Made by a program: the position numbers and the translations under genes
Assembly: GCA_029856155.1 (NCBI GenBank)
Contig: JAHQWL010000085.1
Span: 1 to 64,000 of the forward strand
Source: Promethearchaeia archaeon
Lineage (GTDB): Archaea > Asgardarchaeota > Lokiarchaeia > Sigyniarchaeales > SOKP01
Reading direction: 5' to 3'
DNA: 64,000 bases
Notes under the pieces: model-generated
Told to the model about the DNA's origin: nothing
The model's input: the letters and a program-made list of their open reading frames with translations, nothing else
Databases searched by the model: none
In this document: positions 60,500-64,000 of the stretch, one piece after another
Layout: the number at the start of each line of letters is the position of its first letter
Numbering within the stretch: position 1 is the stretch's first letter

Positions 60500-61240
60500 T
60501 TAAGTGTTTTCTTCTTCCTTTTTTTTCTTTATATAGATAATAAAATCCCTCTCTTGTCTCTTTTTTTCTTGAAGAGCTCGAGTTTTCGGATTTGGAACGC
60601 TTAAAATTTTCAATATCCCCGAAATGATTCCAATTAAAGATACAATATAGAAAAACCATCCCCAAACCTTTGTTATAAATAAATTATAGTCAATTGCTTT
60701 GCCTGAAACTAGTATAGTATAAATGTACTCATAAGGGATTGTTACATTTAGAATTATTCCATTATTATTAAAGCTTATTTTTGCACTCCCTTCTATTATA
60801 ACATCATCTGCAGGTAATACCCTTACTGCACTAGATATATATATAGGATTGTCCTCTAAATTATAATAATAAGTGTTTATAACAGGATAAACTGCTTCTC
60901 GGTCTGGTTCAACTGTGAGTTTGAATGTAATTTCATAAAATCCTAAACTAGAGACATTTTCACTTGTATAGGTATTATATTTTAACCTTATTATAAAATA
61001 GTCAGAAGCTGTATAAAAATGGCCACTAGTTTCATGTGTTATGTATATATTTAAATTAAGACCACCAATCCCTTCTGGAAAGGAAGTTTCGAAATTTCGA
61101 TTTGAACTATCCTTAAATTCAAAAAATTGACCAATGTTTAACATTACTGGAAGTAAAAAAATCCAAACAACTATCAACCCTAATAAAATGAATAAAATTG
61201 TTCGCCTGAGTGTATTTTCTGTAATTTTTAAAACTCCCAA
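60500..61240 (-). CDS. Hypothetical membrane protein (N- and C-terminal TMs)
   Basis: Two TMs flanking a beta-rich domain. Confidence 0.65.
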   Translation of the reverse strand: MGVLKITENTLRRTILFILLGLIVVWIFLLPVMLNIGQFFEFKDSSNRNFETSFPEGIGGLNLNIYITHETSGHFYTASDYFIIRLKYNTYTSENVSSLGFYEITFKLTVEPDREAVYPVINTYYYNLEDNPIYISSAVRVLPADDVIIEGSAKISFNNNGIILNVTIPYEYIYTILVSGKAIDYNLFITKVWGWFFYIVSLIGIISGILKILSVPNPKTRALQEKKRQERDFIIYIKKKKEEENT

Positions 61241-61467
61241 TTTTTGTATTTTTAGAGATAATTAATTTCATATTATATAATTATAGTATTTAAATGTAAT
61301 GAATGGATACAAAATAGTAAAATCTCTTGAATGAACTTTTAATGATCATAATATTAAATTATTGCTTCAATTAGTTTGGTTAGCTGCTCAGATTGTTTTT
61401 TATTTTTTTGCTCTCAAATTAAAAAAAAAAAATTAATTCTTGACTTATTTATAAATAGCAATATCTC

Positions 61468-61791
61468 TTATTGCATTCTTTCTACTTTAAAAATAACTGG
61501 TCGAAACCAATCACTACATCCAGTAATAATTGTACCTTTATATTTCATTCCCATAACGTCTCCTCCAGAAGCAACAAGCATTATATCATTTTTTATGTCT
61601 GCCCAAGCCCAATCACAAAATCCATCTGGAACCTTAGGAATATTTGGATCAATTATTATTTCTTGTCCTTCTTTAAAAATTTCACAGAGTTCCATACCAG
61701 TATATTCATCACTGATAAATTGTTCAATTAAGTCCTTATTCAATGACCTTTTCAATACTGTTATTTTACATTTTGGCATAGAATAACTCAT
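61468..61791 (-). CDS. TIGR04076-like Cys-containing protein
   Basis: CKITV, C..FKEGQE, P.GFC.WAW, CSD..RPVIFK; SD GGAGGT. Confidence 0.8.
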   Translation of the reverse strand: MSYSMPKCKITVLKRSLNKDLIEQFISDEYTGMELCEIFKEGQEIIIDPNIPKVPDGFCDWAWADIKNDIMLVASGGDVMGMKYKGTIITGCSDWFRPVIFKVERMQ

Positions 61792-61881
61792 TTTTTGACC
61801 TCCTTCACTATGACAATTTTAAAATTCTATATTTTATATTGATATATTAAAGGAAAATTATAAAGATCTTTAAATTTTAAT

Positions 61882-63120
61882 ATGGAGAATCGCCCAGAAT
61901 TAGTTGCACCAATCCAAGAATGGAGTTCCCTGAAAATAGTATCTGGTTTAGCGGATGCTATATATTTTGGCGTAAAACAGTATAATATGAGACAAAAAGC
62001 TAAAAATTTCGAAAGAAAAGATTTAAGAAAGGTGACTGAATTTTGTCATAGCCAAAATCCACCAATAAAAGCATATTTAACAACAAATATTCTAATCTAT
62101 GATACAGAGTTACAAGATTTAGAAAGACTGATTTTGGACGCTAAGGATTCTGATATTGATGCTATTATTGCTCACGATCTTGCGACTATCAGAATCGCAA
62201 AAAGAAATAATATGAAATTTCATATATCAACACAAGCTAACGTTTCTAATATTGAAGCTGCGAAATTTTATGAGGAACTTGGAGCAGAAAGGATAATTTT
62301 GGCTAGGGAATTATCATTAAAGCAAATCAAGCTTATAAAACATTTACTTTCAAAAACAAAAATTGAGTGTTTTGTTCACGGTTCAATGTGTACTTCAATT
62401 TCAGGACGATGTTATTTTTCTGCTACTATTACTGATTCAGAAGAATATTCTGCAAACCGTGGAAACTGTCTCCAACCATGCAGAAGAGAATGGAGAGTGT
62501 TAGATGATAAGAATAATGAATTTATTTATGATGGTCAGTTGTTTTTGAATGCTAAAGATCTTTGCATGATAGAATATATCCCCGAATTAATAAATGCTCA
62601 AATAGATGCATTCAAGATAGAAGGAAGAATGAAAGATCCTTTATATGTAAAAACCGTAGTTGAGTGTTATAGAGAAGCTTTAGATAGTTATTTTAATAGA
62701 ACATATACTAAAGATAAAATAAAGATTTGGTTGGAAAAATTATCAAGTGTGTATAATAGGGGCTTTCATACAGGTTTTTATTTCCAAAAGCCGACTATTG
62801 AGGAAATTGAATTAGATAAAAGAGGAAATATCTCACGTTATAAAAAACATTACTTAGGAAAAATATTATCCTATGATGAAAACAGCAAATCTGCTAATGT
62901 TCTATTAGAAAGTCTAGAATTTCCTTTAAAAGTTGGTGATGAAATAATTATTACTGGTCCTAATACTTTTACCAATGAAACAATAAAAAAAATGATATAT
63001 AAAGGAGAAAAGATTAAAAGTATAGTTAGAAAACGTTATAGTGACCCAGTAAGAATTAATCTTCGTATTAATAAAGAGGTCGAAATGAACGATAAAATTT
63101 TTATATTACACTTAAAGTAA
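61882..63120 (+). CDS. U32 peptidase family (Fe-S, RNA hydroxylation-type)
   Basis: PELVAP, ADAIYFG, HISTQAN, LARELS, HGSMC...SGRC, NRGNC.QPCR, KIEGR. Confidence 0.9.
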   Translation: MENRPELVAPIQEWSSLKIVSGLADAIYFGVKQYNMRQKAKNFERKDLRKVTEFCHSQNPPIKAYLTTNILIYDTELQDLERLILDAKDSDIDAIIAHDLATIRIAKRNNMKFHISTQANVSNIEAAKFYEELGAERIILARELSLKQIKLIKHLLSKTKIECFVHGSMCTSISGRCYFSATITDSEEYSANRGNCLQPCRREWRVLDDKNNEFIYDGQLFLNAKDLCMIEYIPELINAQIDAFKIEGRMKDPLYVKTVVECYREALDSYFNRTYTKDKIKIWLEKLSSVYNRGFHTGFYFQKPTIEEIELDKRGNISRYKKHYLGKILSYDENSKSANVLLESLEFPLKVGDEIIITGPNTFTNETIKKMIYKGEKIKSIVRKRYSDPVRINLRINKEVEMNDKIFILHLK

Positions 63121-63128
63121 TAAACGCA

Positions 63129-63809
63129 ATGAATTTCGAGGAAAAAAGGAAAAAACTTGTTGAAAGTTTAAAAAGTCGAGAGATATTAACAAAGCAAAAT
63201 GTAATTAGGGCAATGTTAATTGTTCCAAGACATAAATTCGTACCAAAAGATGCAGAATCAAGCGCATATATGGATTCTCCCCTTTCTATTGGATTAGGTC
63301 AGACAATTAGCGCCCCTCATATGAATGCTATGATGTGTGAATATCTTGAACTGAAAGAAGGGGATAAAGTATTAGAAATAGGTACGGGGTCAGGTTACCA
63401 TGCAGCTTTATGTGCTGAATTAGTAGCACCGGAAAATTCGAAAACTCCAGGCCATATATATACAATTGAGCGACATGAAGGATTGGTAGAAAACGCTAAA
63501 AGGAGTCTTAAAGAAACGGGATATGATCAAAATGTTACAGTAATTCATGGAGATGGAACATTAGGATTCCCCAAAGAAGCACCTTATGATAAAATATTAG
63601 TAACCGCCGCTTCCCCAACAAAGATCCCTCTTCCCCTAAGAGACCAGTTAATTGATGGTGGTATCCTCTGTATCCCTGCGGGATCTAAAAGTTTTAGCCA
63701 AAATTTATATATTATTAGAAAACAAGGAGAACATTTTGACACAACCAAAATTACAGGAGTCCGGTTTGTCCCTCTTATTGGAAAATATGGATTTGAATCC
63801 TCAGACTAG
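63129..63809 (+). CDS. pcm: Protein-L-isoaspartate O-methyltransferase
   Basis: VPRH.F, GQTISAPHM, VLEIGTGSGY, GDGTLG, APYDKI, FVPL. Confidence 0.95.
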   Translation: MNFEEKRKKLVESLKSREILTKQNVIRAMLIVPRHKFVPKDAESSAYMDSPLSIGLGQTISAPHMNAMMCEYLELKEGDKVLEIGTGSGYHAALCAELVAPENSKTPGHIYTIERHEGLVENAKRSLKETGYDQNVTVIHGDGTLGFPKEAPYDKILVTAASPTKIPLPLRDQLIDGGILCIPAGSKSFSQNLYIIRKQGEHFDTTKITGVRFVPLIGKYGFESSD

Positions 63810-63825
63810 GGAAAATTCTACAAAA

Positions 63826-63975
63826 TTAATTGATTTTCCTTAATTTTTTTAATTTCTTGCTTCTTAGTTCATCTCTAATCCGTTTCACATATTCTGATCT
63901 TTCAATACACACTTGTAGATTTTCATCACAACAATTCCAACTAGAGCATCTTTCCTTGGCATAAGAAACGGTCAA
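63826..63975 (-). CDS. Possible 49-aa small protein (MTVSYAKERCSSWNCCDENLQVCIERSEYVKRIRDELRSKKLKKLRKIN)
   Basis: TTG start with upstream AAGGT, open to TAA; manual translation only. Confidence 0.35.
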   Translation of the reverse strand: MTVSYAKERCSSWNCCDENLQVCIERSEYVKRIRDELRSKKLKKLRKIN

Positions 63976-64000
63976 AATTCAGTTTACCTTTTAATTGTGT

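Noticed and set aside
1955-63843. Short antisense or overlapping ORFs in the track (e.g. 1955-2332, 9259-9537, 45823-46188, 47849-48241, 61376-61786)
   Set aside because: They are shadows of well-supported genes on the other strand or frame, with no motifs.
1-64000. tRNA, rRNA, IS elements, integrases, prophage
   Set aside because: No GC-rich structured RNA segments, transposase or integrase motifs, or terminal repeats were recognised by eye. tRNAscan, Infernal and ISEScan would be decisive.

Overview
AT-rich archaeal DNA with oligo-T terminators and GGTGA/GAGGT Shine-Dalgarno (SD) sites, most likely from an Asgard archaeon (Lokiarchaeia/Promethearchaeota). This assignment rests on a Rab-like GTPase, a gelsolin-domain protein, a longin-like/TPR protein and IPG/IPFG-TM-basic C-terminal sorting tails. 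The window is mostly accessory metabolism, with about 60 CDSs. I recognised no rRNA, tRNA, CRISPR array or transposase. The standout is a minus-strand locus at 47.2-50.1 kb. It comprises a Cys-pair MarR regulator, an unannotated 31-aa triple-CC peptide, a SAM-methyltransferase fused to a full HgcA-like corrinoid/membrane protein (NVWCAARG), and an HgcB-like ferredoxin ending in CCG. Three copies of a GTTAGGATCCTAAC operator-like palindrome link these genes, making this a candidate self-contained, metal-regulated Hg/metalloid methylation system. Other notable items are CWH43/PGAP2IP-like EEP membrane proteins (one intact, one split by an in-frame TGA) near an Ntn amidase and a sphingosine-1-phosphate-lyase-like enzyme, a BpsA-SpeD fusion, five ICMT/PEMT-family genes, an ArsR/ARPP-1 pair with a perfect operator, a deletion scar fusing two gene fragments, and possible ATA/ATT start codons. 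All family calls come from motif recognition by eye; no database search was run.
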